Assembly (NCBI GenBank): GCA_031414595.1
Contig: JANNVX010000041.1
Span: 64,001 to 128,000, forward strand
DNA from: Deinococcales bacterium
GTDB taxonomy: Bacteria > Deinococcota > Deinococci > Deinococcales > JAAFIG01
DNA: 64,000 bases
Direction of reading: 5' to 3'
A program made the translations under genes and the position numbers. The notes beneath the pieces are model-generated. The model was given only the letters and a program-made list of their open reading frames with translations, did no database searches and had not been told where the DNA came from. How positions within the stretch are numbered: position 1 is the stretch's first letter; each line of letters starts with the position of its first letter. Shown here in pieces: positions 51,038 through 60,905 of this stretch.

Positions 51038-52360
51038 TTACTTCCTAAATTTTAGGGCATTGACTTTAGCCCCAATGCAACGCCCTTGCTCGAGACCCTG
51101 TTCAATGGCGGCTCGGAAATGAATTCCACCATACAGCCTCGAGATGCCAGCTTCGTTAGCCGCTTCGGTAAACGACTTATAACTGCGTGGCTCGAGTCCG
51201 TTATCTGAACCTGTGCGGTCGGTGAAAGCATATTTCTCGCCAAAAAAAGTGGTCAGGACACTGGCGGCGGCACTGCTTTGGGTGCTGTGACCACTCGGGT
51301 ATTCTGGGAATGGTGGAATCAGCAAAATGGTTTCAAAGGTCGAGTCTATGTGCCGACGAATATAGGTACTGGGACGCAATAAATTGTAAATATACTTGGT
51401 GTGCCAGCAACCAATAAAGGCATCATTGACCGCCAGTCCAACGCGGGCTTGGAGTTCGGCAAACTGCTCTAAGCCAAGGTTTTTATCAAGCGCCAGATTT
51501 AGGGCAATGCTAATCCAATGTCCGGGCGGGGTGATGGTTAGCATCGGGTCGTCAGACCAAAATCGGGCAATTTTCTTCTGCTCAGGACTGATATTTTTGA
51601 CGGTGTTGTAAACTTCTAATGCCTCTTTATAGAACGCCGAATCTTTTTCGCTCGAGTAGGTGGGAGGGGCTGGGAGGGGGCAGTCATTACCAGTTTTCAT
51701 GACCAATGGGCGGTTATTACCCCAAGCTGGCAAAAGTGGGGTTTGCTGCATCCCAAGGGCTGCGGTTGGGACCCATTGTTCTGGCTTGGTGGCTTTAGGA
51801 TAAGTGAGCGGGAAACCCAAGTTGCTGATGGTTGCCCCACCGTCTGTTTTGGCAAACTCGAGGATTTGTTGGGCTGCCAAACGCCCATAATTCAGGCTGC
51901 GCTCGAGAACATCTTGAGGCATAGATTTTGCCAAATCTTGGGCAATACGGTTTTTAACAATTGTCAGCACCCGTTGCCCGGTCGGACCAGTATTGCCGTA
52001 CAAAGCCTCCATACTGCTCGAGAATGCCCCGTGCAGAACAGCCGCGTTGTTGTACTTTTGTTTTGGGTCTGGTTTGGTAATCCCGCGAAATCCTTGAACT
52101 TGCCCCTCGAGTGAACGCAGGGTTTTACTGTTTACAGCAACCAATTCGTGCATCGTTAAACCGACATAAGCAAAGGTACGGGCAGCCACTGGTGGCGAGT
52201 AAGTCGCAGTGTGACGGGTTAAATCAAGCATCAGGGTGTACCATTGGGTTGCCACACGCATCTCGAGCGGCAAACTGGGGGTGTTATTCTGAGCGCCAGA
52301 ATGACCTAAGAAAGCCAAACTCGAGCCAAACAGCACAAGAAGTGCAAACTTTGTTTTCAT
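51038..52360 (-). CDS. Vanadium-dependent haloperoxidase / PAP2 superfamily protein, secreted
   Basis: KYIYNLLRP, YPSGH and SRLYGGIHF motifs; signal peptide. Confidence 0.85.
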   Translation of the reverse strand: MKTKFALLVLFGSSLAFLGHSGAQNNTPSLPLEMRVATQWYTLMLDLTRHTATYSPPVAARTFAYVGLTMHELVAVNSKTLRSLEGQVQGFRGITKPDPKQKYNNAAVLHGAFSSSMEALYGNTGPTGQRVLTIVKNRIAQDLAKSMPQDVLERSLNYGRLAAQQILEFAKTDGGATISNLGFPLTYPKATKPEQWVPTAALGMQQTPLLPAWGNNRPLVMKTGNDCPLPAPPTYSSEKDSAFYKEALEVYNTVKNISPEQKKIARFWSDDPMLTITPPGHWISIALNLALDKNLGLEQFAELQARVGLAVNDAFIGCWHTKYIYNLLRPSTYIRRHIDSTFETILLIPPFPEYPSGHSTQSSAAASVLTTFFGEKYAFTDRTGSDNGLEPRSYKSFTEAANEAGISRLYGGIHFRAAIEQGLEQGRCIGAKVNALKFRK

Positions 52361-52385
52361 GTATTTTTTGTACCATAAATTACAC

Positions 52386-53201
52386 TTAATTTGATGTTGA
52401 TTTTTGAAGTAGTATCGCCAGATGTCGCACCCAGATTTTCTCCCAGAGGGCTGGGCTTTGCGGTAACTCGAGCTTAAAAACTTGGAGCAGTACATCGTTG
52501 TAGTCAGCTAGACCCTCTAAGGTGCGTTCGGTTTTGCCTGATTTACTCAGCGTTGTTAGCACCGCCCCACGCAGCGTGTACAAGGCTTCTCGAGTCATGC
52601 GCTGGCAAACGGTGGTACGGACAAAACCACTTTCTGGATTGGTTTGTAAGTCGGTGCAGCGCTCGGCAAAGTAATCTAAAGTCCTTGGCTCGAGGCTAAA
52701 AATAAAACCAGCCGTATTACTTTGTGGCGGGTTGTGCATTGTCCAATGAGGTTGTGAATAACCCATGCGGTACTCGAGAAAACCTGTTTGGTATGTGCCT
52801 TCTTGTAAAGGCAGCGCTTCTATTGCCCCATCGCCAAAGCCAACATCAGCTAAGTATGTTCCTTCTTCGAGTTTGACCAGTAAAATCATGTGGTCGCCAT
52901 CTGGTGTTTGTCCGTTGGGGCGCAGTACACCACTTGATAAACACTGCACCTCAAAGCCTATTTCGCGTAGCACCCATGCAAAAAGCGTGTTCATTTCAAA
53001 GCACCAACCGCCACGCTGCTCGAGAACAATTTTTTGGTAGGCTTGGGCTAATCCTAGTGGCAGTTTGCGTCCTAAGTGAATGTCCAGATTCTCGTAGGGG
53101 ATGGTGTTTAGGTGCGCTTCTTGGAGGGCATTGAGTACCGCCAGCGTGGGTTCTCGTGCGCCGTGGTACTCAATCCGTTGTAAGTAAGTCTCGAGTTGCA
53201 T
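52386..53201 (-). CDS. Arylamine N-acetyltransferase
   Basis: IPYENL, RGGWCFE, H and DVGFG catalytic triad. Confidence 0.92.
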   Translation of the reverse strand: MQLETYLQRIEYHGAREPTLAVLNALQEAHLNTIPYENLDIHLGRKLPLGLAQAYQKIVLEQRGGWCFEMNTLFAWVLREIGFEVQCLSSGVLRPNGQTPDGDHMILLVKLEEGTYLADVGFGDGAIEALPLQEGTYQTGFLEYRMGYSQPHWTMHNPPQSNTAGFIFSLEPRTLDYFAERCTDLQTNPESGFVRTTVCQRMTREALYTLRGAVLTTLSKSGKTERTLEGLADYNDVLLQVFKLELPQSPALWEKIWVRHLAILLQKSTSN

Positions 53202-53297
53202 GGTCTGTATTCTAAACAAAAGTTCTTCTGGCATTGCTAAGAATAAATTACTTCCTTTTGGGACACATGACAGCCCAATGCTTGTTACGATTTTTTC

Positions 53298-54317
53298 ATG
53301 CTAAGGTTACTTTTTTGGTTGCCGGCATTCTTACTCTCAAGCAATGCCGAAGCCCATGTCAAATGGTTTCATCAAGGAGAACGACCGCCCTTTGATTGGC
53401 TGGCGGTTTTTTCGATGCCCAGCCTGATTTTTATTGTGGCGGTTGGTCTTACGGTGCTTGGTTTGTGGTTTTGGCAAGGCGCTCGAGGTGGAGCGGGTTT
53501 TATCCCTAACCTTGCGTGGTTTGGGGCGATTCCAGAACGACGCATGGCGTTGTACGGCTTAATTCCAGCCATTCTGGCAGTGCATTTTGCCGTGCCGCTT
53601 TTTGTTGCAAGTGTGCAGGGGAATTTATTTGCACCCGCCTTAAAACTACCGGGCGCTTGGGCGTATTTTATTGGTTTACTGCAAGCAGGCGTGGCACTGG
53701 CGCTTTTCTATGGTGGCTTCACTCGAGCCGCAGCCGTGGTATTGGCTTGGCTGTGGTTAGTGGGTATTGCTTTTGTTGGACTCGAGGCAAGCCTAGATAA
53801 TGCCCATGTGCTTGGTTTTGCGGTCTTTTTCTATTTGGCTGGGCGTGGTCCGATTGCGATTGACCGACTGATTTTAACCCGTTTTGAACCAACCCCAAAC
53901 CTGATGCGTCATGCTGTGACCGCCCTAAGAATTGGGGTCGGGCTGGGTTTAATTGCTGCCGCCTTTACCGAAAAACTGGGCAATCCAATGCTGGCGCTTT
54001 CTTTTCTCGAGCAGCAACCCTTAAATTTTACAGCCGCCCTTGGTTTGCCAATTCCCAACGAACTTTTTTTGCGTTTTGCTGGCAGTGTCGAATTGTTGGT
54101 GGGCTTGTGTTTGGTCGCCAATGTCTTTACCCGTGAAATCATTGTGATTGCGTGGATTCCCCTAAATTTAACTTTAACGATTTTTGATTGGAATGAATTG
54201 GTCGGGCATTTACCGATTTATGGGGCAATGGCGGTGCTGTTAATCTGGGAAAACTCGAGTCAGAATACCGAATTATGGTTGCGCGGACTGCGGGAAGGTC
54301 CTTTGCCGATTAAGTGA
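53298..54317 (+). CDS. DoxX-like membrane protein
   Basis: AHVKWF, many TM helices, ELVGHLP. Confidence 0.65.
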   Translation: MLRLLFWLPAFLLSSNAEAHVKWFHQGERPPFDWLAVFSMPSLIFIVAVGLTVLGLWFWQGARGGAGFIPNLAWFGAIPERRMALYGLIPAILAVHFAVPLFVASVQGNLFAPALKLPGAWAYFIGLLQAGVALALFYGGFTRAAAVVLAWLWLVGIAFVGLEASLDNAHVLGFAVFFYLAGRGPIAIDRLILTRFEPTPNLMRHAVTALRIGVGLGLIAAAFTEKLGNPMLALSFLEQQPLNFTAALGLPIPNELFLRFAGSVELLVGLCLVANVFTREIIVIAWIPLNLTLTIFDWNELVGHLPIYGAMAVLLIWENSSQNTELWLRGLREGPLPIK

Positions 54318-54365
54318 GCTATGAGCTTGAGGGTTAAACGGTTAAAGGGTGAAAAGGTTAAAGTT

Positions 54366-54533
54366 TTTCGCCTTTCGCCTTTCGCCTTTCGCCTTTCGCC
54401 TTTCGCCTTTCGCCTTTCGCCTTTTGCCTTTTGCCTTTTGCCTTTTGCCTTTTGCCTTTTGCCTTTTGCCTTTTGCCTTTTGCCTTTTGCCTTTTGCCTT
54501 TTGCCTTTTGCCTTTTGCCTTTTGCCTTTCGCC
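54366..54533. repeat. Heptanucleotide tandem array, 24 copies
   Basis: (TTTCGCC)8(TTTTGCC)15(TTTCGCC)1. Confidence 0.95.
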
Positions 54534-54593
54534 TTCCCTCTAAGCCATTTGATTTATTTGCAAAATGAAACTATTTTAGTTTAGAATAATCGC

Positions 54594-55091
54594 GTGGTTA
54601 AACCGTCTTTAAGTTCTGAACCTTCGTCTGGTCTGATTGTCTATAAATCTCATGCTCAAGCGCTGCTCGAGGCGTGGTGGTCGTTTGGACAAACCATGCG
54701 GCAACATGTCATCCCCAAAGTGATTGGCGAACTCGACCTTGAATTTAAGGATTTTTTGGCTTTGGTTGCCATTCATGACGGCGCACTTTATCCCAAGCTG
54801 ATTTGCACTCGGCTTGCCACCAACCCTTCAGACATTTCTCGGATTCTCGAGAAGCTCGAGGAAAAAGAACTGGTCACTCGAGCGCTTGACCCCGAAGATT
54901 CGCGCCGTATTCGGGTGGTTTTGACTGCCCACGGGCTTGCCACACTCGAGCATAAGCGGCAAGCCATGGCAGAACACATCCTCAAAGCGGTAGAAGATAT
55001 GCCTGCCAACGAACTCGAGCGTTTTGCCAATACCATGAAACATCTGACCGACGGCATCAAAGCCCAATTCAAAGACGATACGAACCAATAA
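54594..55091 (+). CDS. MarR family transcriptional regulator
   Basis: ISRILEKLEEKELVTR..DSRR...LT..G. Confidence 0.9.
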   Translation: MVKPSLSSEPSSGLIVYKSHAQALLEAWWSFGQTMRQHVIPKVIGELDLEFKDFLALVAIHDGALYPKLICTRLATNPSDISRILEKLEEKELVTRALDPEDSRRIRVVLTAHGLATLEHKRQAMAEHILKAVEDMPANELERFANTMKHLTDGIKAQFKDDTNQ

Positions 55092-57385
55092 TGAAGGAGT
55101 CTTTTATGTCTGCCCCAGCCATTGCTATTCCAGAACTAACTCGGCAACAAAAAATCTTTACCCTGATTGGTGCATTTTTAGGGGTGCTGCTGGCTGCCCT
55201 TGACCAAACCATTGTTGCCACCGCCGGACCAAGTATCCAAGCCGACCTAAACATCGAAGCTACCTTGTTTGGTTGGGTTACAACTGCTTACCTCGTCTCG
55301 AGTACCGTGATGGTCCCAATTTACGGCAAATTATCCGATATTTTTGGTCGTAAACCGATTTTACTGATTGGTATTGGGATTTTTTTAGCGGGCAGTGTGC
55401 TGTGTGGTTTGGCAACTGAAACTTGGCAAATCATTGCTGCTAGAGGTATTCAAGGACTGGGTAGTGCAGCGCTTTTTACCAGTGCGCTTTCTATTATTGG
55501 CGATATTTTCCCTCCTACTGAACGCGGCAAATACAGTGGTTTATTTGGGGCGGTCTTTGGTCTCTCGAGTGTGGTTGGTCCACTGGTTGGTGGTTTTCTA
55601 ACCGATAATTTCTCGTGGCATTGGGTTTTCTTTGTCAATTTACCAGTTGGGGCGGTTGCCTTGGCTTTTATTCTTTCTAAAATGCCAAACCTGAATTTGG
55701 TGCAAAATAAACCTTCGATAGATTATGCTGGCGCAGTCACCTTACTGCTTAGCACTGTTCCGTTGTTGTTGGCGTTGTCTTTGGGTAAAACATCGGTGCG
55801 CCCTTTTGAGACTGGTTATTCATGGAGCAGCCCCGAAATCCTTGGGATGTTTGCATTATCGGCTGTTGCCCTAATTGCTTTTATCTTTATTGAACGCCGC
55901 GCCAAAGACCCTTTACTCGATTTAGGTTTATTCAAAAATCCAGCCTTTAGTATTGGCAACGCTGCCGCTTTTGTGATTGGTATGGCGTTCTTAAGCGCGA
56001 TTGTCTTTTTACCTATTTTTATGCAGAACGTGGTCGGTTTGAGCGCCACCGCTAGTGGTTTTGCGGGGCTGCCTTTGGTGATTGGCTTGGTGATTGGCAA
56101 TGTGCTGAGTGGACAATTGGTCAGTCGTTTTGGACGCTACAAACCCCTGATGTTGGTTGGCTTAATCATCATGATGATTGGTTTTGCAATTGCTGGCTTT
56201 ACCTTAACCCCACAAAGCACCTTTTGGGAGGTCTTTCTGAAAATGCTGGTCATGGGCTTGGGTTTAGGACCAAGTATTCCTTTGTACACCCTAGCCATTC
56301 AAGCGGCTGCACCAATAGAGAAAATGGGGGTTGCGACCTCGAGTGCTACCTTTTTTCGCAGTATGGGCAGCAGTGTTGGTTTAGCCGTGTTTTTTAGTAT
56401 CTTTGGAAATATCCTCGCCCAGAACCTTGCCCCTAAACTCGAGCAAGCCACCAAGGATGTTCCACCAGCCTTACGCGCCCAATTGACCCAAGGCAGCGCA
56501 GGTAGTGCAAGTGCCGAAGGGAATAATAATTTACGTTTTGATGCCGTCGGTATTAAAAAAATAGCCTTACAAAGCATCACCAACACCGAGCGCAACCTCG
56601 AGAAAGCGATGTTGCAAAACGATTTAGCGGCTCTAAAAGTTCTGGCGAATAACAAACAAATGCCTAGCCAAATGCAAACGCAACTGGCGGCGGCGGTGCA
56701 AGCGGGTGGTTTTTGGCAGTATTTAGAGGCTCAAAACCGTGCTGTACAACTTTTAATGGTTCGGGCTTTACGTGATAACGACCCGCTTGCCAAAGCTGCC
56801 CTGCTTAAAAATCCGCAAATTCCAGCCCAACTCAAAAAGACGCTACAAGTAGGTGGAATTGCCGCCCAAATCCGCCAAGGACTCGAGGCACAGTACAAAT
56901 TGGTAGAAACCGCCATGGCGGACGAAAACCCCAAAGAAGCCCTAGCTAGACTTGCCAAGAACTCAGACTTGCCAACCCCGATTAAAGCCCGTTTAAGCAG
57001 TATCCCAGAAGCTGTCCTGACCTATCCTGAACGCCGAGCGGGTATCCTTATCCAAATTAGGCAAAGCCTTGATGCGGCTGCCCCACAAGTGATTTCAGGG
57101 GCAATTAACACCGCCCTAGCCGCCGTTGTCAAAAACCAGCCGCAACCCAAAACCGTGGCGGCTGGAATTTATCAAAATAGCCTAAAAGGTTTAGAAAGCA
57201 ACAAAAGCACGATTATTAGCACCATAGATAAGGTAGACGCAGCTTTCAAAAGTGTTCTGACCGACAGCATCACAATTATTTATAAACTGGGTATTTTGGT
57301 GGCATTGGTGGCGTTCTTACTGACCCTTGCCTTGCCAGAAATCCCATTGCGAAAAAGTAATTTTGCTGCACCCGCCGCAGAATAA
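55091..57385 (+). CDS. MDR MFS transporter (DHA2) with a large soluble insertion
   Basis: LDQTIV, GKLSDIFGRK and WVFFVNLPVG motifs; about 300 aa insert before the last TM helix. Confidence 0.88.
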   Translation: MKESFMSAPAIAIPELTRQQKIFTLIGAFLGVLLAALDQTIVATAGPSIQADLNIEATLFGWVTTAYLVSSTVMVPIYGKLSDIFGRKPILLIGIGIFLAGSVLCGLATETWQIIAARGIQGLGSAALFTSALSIIGDIFPPTERGKYSGLFGAVFGLSSVVGPLVGGFLTDNFSWHWVFFVNLPVGAVALAFILSKMPNLNLVQNKPSIDYAGAVTLLLSTVPLLLALSLGKTSVRPFETGYSWSSPEILGMFALSAVALIAFIFIERRAKDPLLDLGLFKNPAFSIGNAAAFVIGMAFLSAIVFLPIFMQNVVGLSATASGFAGLPLVIGLVIGNVLSGQLVSRFGRYKPLMLVGLIIMMIGFAIAGFTLTPQSTFWEVFLKMLVMGLGLGPSIPLYTLAIQAAAPIEKMGVATSSATFFRSMGSSVGLAVFFSIFGNILAQNLAPKLEQATKDVPPALRAQLTQGSAGSASAEGNNNLRFDAVGIKKIALQSITNTERNLEKAMLQNDLAALKVLANNKQMPSQMQTQLAAAVQAGGFWQYLEAQNRAVQLLMVRALRDNDPLAKAALLKNPQIPAQLKKTLQVGGIAAQIRQGLEAQYKLVETAMADENPKEALARLAKNSDLPTPIKARLSSIPEAVLTYPERRAGILIQIRQSLDAAAPQVISGAINTALAAVVKNQPQPKTVAAGIYQNSLKGLESNKSTIISTIDKVDAAFKSVLTDSITIIYKLGILVALVAFLLTLALPEIPLRKSNFAAPAAE

Positions 57386-57458
57386 AATTAAAAACTCGAG
57401 GGGAAACCAATGTTCTGGAAGTTTTTGCTTTTTTGCGTCTGCGAAGCATTTGCGTTTT

Positions 57459-57485
57459 GTAGGGGCGAACCCCTGTGTTCGCCCT
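57459..57485 (+). repeat. GTAG-type REP
   Basis: GTAGGGGCGAACCCCTGTGTTCGCCCT, one mismatch to the reverse complement of 31328-31354. Confidence 0.8.
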
Positions 57486-57550
57486 GTAGGATGACATAAG
57501 TTCAATTTCCCCTGAGAATTTACCGAACTATTGTAAACCAATCAAGTTTT

Positions 57551-58525
57551 TCAGTCATCCAGCGCGTAATTATGATTGCCCTGTAAGCCCAGCATTAGGT
57601 CTATGTTCTGAGCCGCAGCCCCAGATGCACCCTTGCCCAGATTATCGGCTCGAGCCACCAGCAGGGCTTGTTTTTTAGCGGGGTTGGCAAAAACCATAAT
57701 TTCCATTTGGTTTGTCCCATTTAAGGTTTCTGGATTTAAGACCGCCTTGGCTGGGGCTTCCATCTCGAGCGGTAAAACCTTGATAAAAGGCTGTCCAGCA
57801 TAACGTTCCTCGAGGATACTTTGGATTTCTAAAGCGGTTGGTTGTTTTGGCAAAGACGAAAGATGAATTGGGATTTGCACCAACATCCCTTTAAGCCATT
57901 TGCCTACGGCTGGCGTAAAAATTGGTTCGGTTGCCAGTCTCGAGTAGGCTGTGATTTCAGGCAAGTGCTTATGGCTTAGCGATAAGCCGTAACCTCGGTA
58001 TGCTCCTGCCAAATGATGCTGGCTGCCGCGTCCTTCAACCGCATCTATCAGTTGTCGTCCGCCACCACTGTAGCCCTGAACGCCTTGAATACTTAACGGG
58101 TAATCAGTGGGAATCAAACCCGCATCCACCAACGGACGAAGCAGGGCAATCGCATTCTGGGCGTAACAACCGGGGTTTGCCACAAAACGGGCTGCTTTTA
58201 TGGCTGTGCTTTGTTCACCATTCAGTTCTGGAAAACCATAAACCCAATTTGGCGCAACGCGGTGGGCGGTGCTGGCATCTAAAACTCGAGTCTTGGGGTT
58301 GCTAATCATTTGTACGGCTGCCCTTGCTAGGTCGTCGTGCAGACATAAAACCGCTAAATCCACACTGTTCAGTAAGCGCTGCCGCTCGAGTTCGTCTTTG
58401 CGCCTTTCTGGGTCAATCGAAACCAATTCAAGGTCGGCTCGAGGCTCGAGACGCGCTCGGATTTGCAATCCGGTTGTGCCGGCTTCTCCATCAATATAAA
58501 TGCGGGGCTTACTCACAAGAAGCAT
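57551..58525 (-). CDS. argC: N-acetyl-gamma-glutamyl-phosphate reductase (short type)
   Basis: [18 protein letters not shown] and [11 protein letters not shown] motifs. Confidence 0.92.
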   Translation of the reverse strand: MLLVSKPRIYIDGEAGTTGLQIRARLEPRADLELVSIDPERRKDELERQRLLNSVDLAVLCLHDDLARAAVQMISNPKTRVLDASTAHRVAPNWVYGFPELNGEQSTAIKAARFVANPGCYAQNAIALLRPLVDAGLIPTDYPLSIQGVQGYSGGGRQLIDAVEGRGSQHHLAGAYRGYGLSLSHKHLPEITAYSRLATEPIFTPAVGKWLKGMLVQIPIHLSSLPKQPTALEIQSILEERYAGQPFIKVLPLEMEAPAKAVLNPETLNGTNQMEIMVFANPAKKQALLVARADNLGKGASGAAAQNIDLMLGLQGNHNYALDD

Positions 58526-58558
58526 TGTACGATGAAAACTCAGTATAAAAGGAGCAAG

Positions 58559-59326
58559 ATGTTTATAACCGTGGATGAAACCAAGCTCTACACCACTTCT
58601 TTTGGTCGTGTGGATGCCCCGCCTATCCTGTTTTTAAGTGGTTGGATTGGCAGTTGGGAAGACTGGGCGGATACGATGTCGGTACTCAGTGAAAATTGGC
58701 GCACCATTTCTTTTGACCATCGCGGCACAGGGGCAACAGTTGCACCCCTCGAGACGATCAACTTTGACAACATGGTAGCTGATGTTTTTCGGGTCTTAGA
58801 CCATTACAAAATTGAGCGTTGTGTCTTAGCCGCAATGTCGGCGGGGGCGGGAGTGGCATTATCAGCCGCCTTACAACATCCTGAACGGTTCACAGGGCTT
58901 GTACTGGCAAACAGCATAGATTTTCGTGGTGGCGCACAACCCAATCCCCCGTTTTTAGCCGTACTCGAGAAAGACTATGAGGCGGCGCTTGATTATTTTG
59001 TATCAGCTTGTGTACCAGAAAAAAATAGCGAACACATCAAGCGCTGGGGTCGGCAAATCCTTAATCGGGCATCAAGAGAAGCGGCACTGGCTTTATTTCG
59101 GATGGCTCGAGCCATTGATTTACGCCCAGATTTAGCCAACATCAATCTTCGCACGTTGTTGCTGCATGGGGATTTAGATACGATTTCACCGCTCGAGTCG
59201 GCGCAATGGTTAGCCGCTACTTTACCCAATGCAAGTTTAGAAATCGTATCTGAAACTGGGCATGTGCCAATCTTGACCAAGCCCGAAGAAGTGGCAAGCC
59301 GAATCAATGCGTTTTTTGGAATTTGA
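58559..59326 (+). CDS. Alpha/beta fold hydrolase
   Basis: DHRGTG, AMSAG nucleophile elbow, HGDLD and GH motifs. Confidence 0.85.
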   Translation: MFITVDETKLYTTSFGRVDAPPILFLSGWIGSWEDWADTMSVLSENWRTISFDHRGTGATVAPLETINFDNMVADVFRVLDHYKIERCVLAAMSAGAGVALSAALQHPERFTGLVLANSIDFRGGAQPNPPFLAVLEKDYEAALDYFVSACVPEKNSEHIKRWGRQILNRASREAALALFRMARAIDLRPDLANINLRTLLLHGDLDTISPLESAQWLAATLPNASLEIVSETGHVPILTKPEEVASRINAFFGI

Positions 59327-59361
59327 CAGGTTGGCAATTTTTTGTTATGATATACACGTAA
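59323..59361 (+). promoter_or_regulatory. ddrB promoter with RDRM (DdrO operator)
   Basis: TTGACA(59323)-17-TATGAT(59346); the 17-mer TTATGATATACACGTAA (59345-59361) resembles the RDRM. Confidence 0.8.
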
Positions 59362-59409
59362 GATTAAGCCTTCGTTATTCGTCTATTACCAGTACACTCA
59401 GGAGAAACC

Positions 59410-59913
59410 ATGCTCATTACAATTCATTTCACCACCCCACTTGGCGCGAACATCAGCGTTGAACTCGAGCCGCACGAGACTACCCTAAGCGCCCTTCGCA
59501 AACATGGCGCAAGCGGCTGGACAAGCGGCGATGTTGTCAAAAACGGCGGATTGCGCTTACCCCTCGAGAATGCCGAGCGTTTTGACTGGCGACTTTTGGG
59601 CGCTCGAGCTGCCGAACTTCGCAATAACACCACCCAAGCCCTCGAAGCTGGGGTTTGGTACAAAGGCGACTTTTATAAACGCCGTGAACTCGAGGCACTC
59701 GAGACCAAAAAAATGAAACTGGCTGCCGCGATCAAATACTCGAGAGGCGCACGCGACAGCGACCCACCCGAAATCAAAGAGAGAAGTGGCGAATTTGAGT
59801 ACGTGACTTTAATTCTTTTCCGTGGTGGTGGACATTTACCAGAGTACGATTTGCCAACAGATGGAATGCCGCTTGGTGCAAACAGACAAAATGGCGTTGC
59901 GGCTCGGTCTTAA
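59410..59913 (+). CDS. ddrB: Single-stranded DNA-binding/annealing protein DdrB
   Basis: F.T.LGA, GWTSG, FDW.L.GAR, RRELEA, AAIKYSRGA and EYV.L..FRGG match Deinococcus DdrB. Confidence 0.9.
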   Translation: MLITIHFTTPLGANISVELEPHETTLSALRKHGASGWTSGDVVKNGGLRLPLENAERFDWRLLGARAAELRNNTTQALEAGVWYKGDFYKRRELEALETKKMKLAAAIKYSRGARDSDPPEIKERSGEFEYVTLILFRGGGHLPEYDLPTDGMPLGANRQNGVAARS

Positions 59914-59986
59914 TTGGGCGACTCGAGAATTTGAAGAACAACCCCGTGTTCTCGAGGTTCAAAAAACTGGTTGCATAAAATTTGAA

Positions 59987-60014
59987 CCGCTCTCGCAAAT
60001 AAGCGCGAGAGCGG
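59987..60014. terminator. Hairpin between convergent genes
   Basis: CCGCTCTCGC-N8-GCGAGAGCGG. Confidence 0.55.
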
Positions 60015-60032
60015 AACAATTGGCAAAAAAGC

Positions 60033-60482
60033 TTAAGCTTTCTTTGCGGCTGGTTTTTTCGCAGCAGCTTTCGCGGCTGGCTTTGCGGCTTTTGGAGCAG
60101 CCTTTGCTTTTGCGGCTGGTTTAGCAGCTTTAGGAGCGGCTTTTGCAGCTTTTGGTGCAGCAGCTTTTGCGGCTGGTTTAGCGGTAGCTTTGGCTGCCTT
60201 TGGAGCAGCTTTTGGTGCAGCTTTCGCGGCTGGTTTAGCAGCAGCTTTGGCTGCCTTTGGAGCAGCTTTTGCGGCTGGTTTAGCAGCTTTTGGTGCAGCA
60301 GCTTTCTTAGCTGGAGCTTTTACTGCTGTCGCTTTGGCTGTGGCTGTTGCTTTGGCTGGTTTAGCAGCTTTAGGGGCAGCTTTTGCTGCCTTTGGAGCAG
60401 CAGCTTTCGCGGCTGGTTTAGCAGCTTTTGGTGCAGCAGCCTTTGCAGCTTTCGGTGCAACTTCTGTCTTGGTTTTTGCCAT
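60033..60482 (-). CDS. Lys/Ala/Pro-rich histone H1-like protein
   Basis: Almost entirely PKAAK/KPAAK repeats; G-rich RBS; consistent GCT/GCA/AAA codon use. Confidence 0.75.
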   Translation of the reverse strand: MAKTKTEVAPKAAKAAAPKAAKPAAKAAAPKAAKAAPKAAKPAKATATAKATAVKAPAKKAAAPKAAKPAAKAAPKAAKAAAKPAAKAAPKAAPKAAKATAKPAAKAAAPKAAKAAPKAAKPAAKAKAAPKAAKPAAKAAAKKPAAKKA

Positions 60483-60905
60483 ATCACTCACCCCCTTTTG
60501 TTTGAGTCAACGTACTTACCCCAAACTGCGATACGGGTTCTAGGGATACTTCCCGAGCCGCGCATTGAAGCGGAACAACTATATGTAGGGGTTTAATGGG
60601 ATTAAGCACCACAGAGAGTGTAGCATGTTTTTATCTTGTTGTGTGCAAGTTTTTGACAAAATTGTACTTACTCGAGATTGAAAAAAATAGACTTGAGATT
60701 GAAAAACAAATTTATAATGTCCTGTACAATTTTTTCTTTTGATTGCAAAAAATAACAAAAATAATACTTCTAAAATAATAGTATAAATATTATCACAATT
60801 TCAAGCGAATCTCGAGAATAAAAATAAAAATTTCGAGCCAAAAACACCTACTTTCAACTCGAGATTTACAAATTTTAGTTTTGAAATGCCCAATGCGGTA
60901 AATAC

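Noticed and set aside
54321-54584. ORFs of RLSPFAF/CLLPFAF repeats
   Set aside because: Artefact of a stop-free heptamer array read in several frames.
60190-60543. Ala/Phe/Gly-rich plus-strand ORF
   Set aside because: Antisense shadow of the Lys/Ala-rich gene.
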